From NCBI GenBank assembly GCA_000320545.1, contig ADNK01001076.1, positions 1 through 64,000 of the forward strand: a DNA stretch of 64,000 nt, written 5' to 3'. A program made the translations under genes and the position numbers. Positions 62,997-64,000 of this stretch are shown in pieces. Below the pieces are notes generated by a model. It had not been told where the DNA came from. It did no database searches and was given only the letters and a program-made list of their open reading frames with translations. This stretch comes from Bigelowiella natans CCMP2755 (Eukaryota > Protista > Cercozoa). Numbering within the stretch: the first letter of the stretch is position 1; each line of letters begins with the position of its first letter.

Positions 62997-63154
62997 GAGT
63001 CTGCATTTGCAAGAGAGAAATCAGAGATGGATGCCATATTCGTTAATGAAATTTGGTAATGATCTCGGGAATAAATCAACACTAACCTTTGAAAACATAT
63101 TAATGCTGCAATTAGAAGAGATCCGATAGATACAGCAACGGAGATCATAGACAT
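61928..63154 (-). CDS. rps15: Nucleus-encoded plastid ribosomal protein S15 with bipartite leader
   Basis: MSMISVAVSIGSLLIAALICFQS|PLVGSAIRTSSARSFV|APRLAPQMTGRIGRMS.. leader; S15 core RHENDKGSPEYQIAKTTQRVYHLTK|HLATNRKDYSTRRGL..RRKNLVDLYK..RLGIR. Confidence 0.9.
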
Positions 63155-64000
63155 CCGCGACCTAATTAGTGTGCTCCAGAGTATAAGTTGGTAGGTAAAG
63201 TAGACTGCTAAACTTGTTTACAGTAACATCGTGAGAAAAGCTATCGATTCATCATGCTCCCACCACACGTTATCATTTTCAGTCGAATTAAAGTGCGTAT
63301 AATTCGAACAGTAGCCTTCAGATTGAAATGACAGGTCCGCTATCAAGTAGTCACGTCGACGAGCAGAATGGAATACCCCCTCTCAACGGACAAGCATTAT
63401 TTTGACAATTCAACTGCTATCCACGTTTTCGAAATAAAGCAAAGCATTTTTATTGCTGGAAGTTGATTTAATTCCTGTCTATAAATGCGATGATCAACTA
63501 AGTATGGTACCTGAGGGAGGGGGGGGAGGGGACTTGGAAGGTCTCCATTGGTTTCGGATTTCAGAGTTAATTGGCGCAGATAAATATATCCAAATCGGGA
63601 AGAGGATGACGATTAACAGAAAAGACTTCAAAAAAATATGTCGTATGTTGTGAATGGAAATATTTTTCTTGCCGCATTTGAATGGTATACATGGTAAGCT
63701 GGAGGTCCGCGGTCAGAGAGAACATTTTCAGACATGCAATTACGTTTATCAAACTTTAGAACATCATTTCTGACAGGAATTAGGGCTTTCATGTAATGCG
63801 ACTTCCAGACTTTGGAGACGAACGTGTTTAATAACCTCTCTCTGAATTATTTTTCGTGAAATATTGAGTTGATTTACTGAAACCAAGATCGTAGATTGTC
63901 AGTTTAATGTACACAGGGAGAAACACAGAAAACACAGTAATCCCGGTATCCCGGTATTTAAGCCTACTGCCCGGGCCCTTATTAACTTATTTTATCGGTC

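Noticed and set aside
63400-64000. Possible gene start or TE end (ATCCCGGTATCCCGGTA) at the window edge
   Set aside because: Too little context and no recognisable motif.
1-64000. tRNA, rRNA or snRNA genes
   Set aside because: I recognised no cloverleaf, rRNA or Sm-site pattern by eye. A covariance-model scan would be needed to exclude intronic snoRNAs.

Overview
Gene-dense, intron-rich eukaryotic nuclear DNA. It is most likely from a chlorarachniophyte alga: two plastid ribosomal proteins (L32, S15) carry signal-peptide plus transit-peptide leaders. I assembled about 19 multi-exon genes by eye from GT/GC-AG junctions, so gene ends are approximate. They include an Unkempt-like CCCH protein, a bZIP factor, plastid rpl32, an EngB GTPase, a C2-domain protein, a formin, RRP42, a UBE2T-like E2, ADA2, a PH-domain protein, a degenerate Rab-like protein, plastid rps15 and several hypotheticals, mostly in alternating head-to-head and tail-to-tail order. 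The window opens with the 3' end of an LTR retrotransposon and contains a non-autonomous hAT-type element (7352-8591; 44-bp TIRs, perfect 8-bp TSD). The strongest signal is a local loss of TpA. The hAT element has only 2 TA dinucleotides in 1240 bp, its flanks keep TA almost only inside CTAG, and an ORF inside it has His/Cys where Tyr would be expected. Every tail-to-tail intergenic tract shows the same CTAG/TGCA/CATG-rich composition to varying degrees, and most carry a bipartite motif (TGAGACGGATGTAAT...TTTTCAATRGTCATCCTAA). This suggests a TpA-directed T>C (A>G) hypermutation or base-modification system acting on transposons and convergent termination zones, opposite in direction to fungal RIP. 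The mechanism is inference, and all counts are hand counts.
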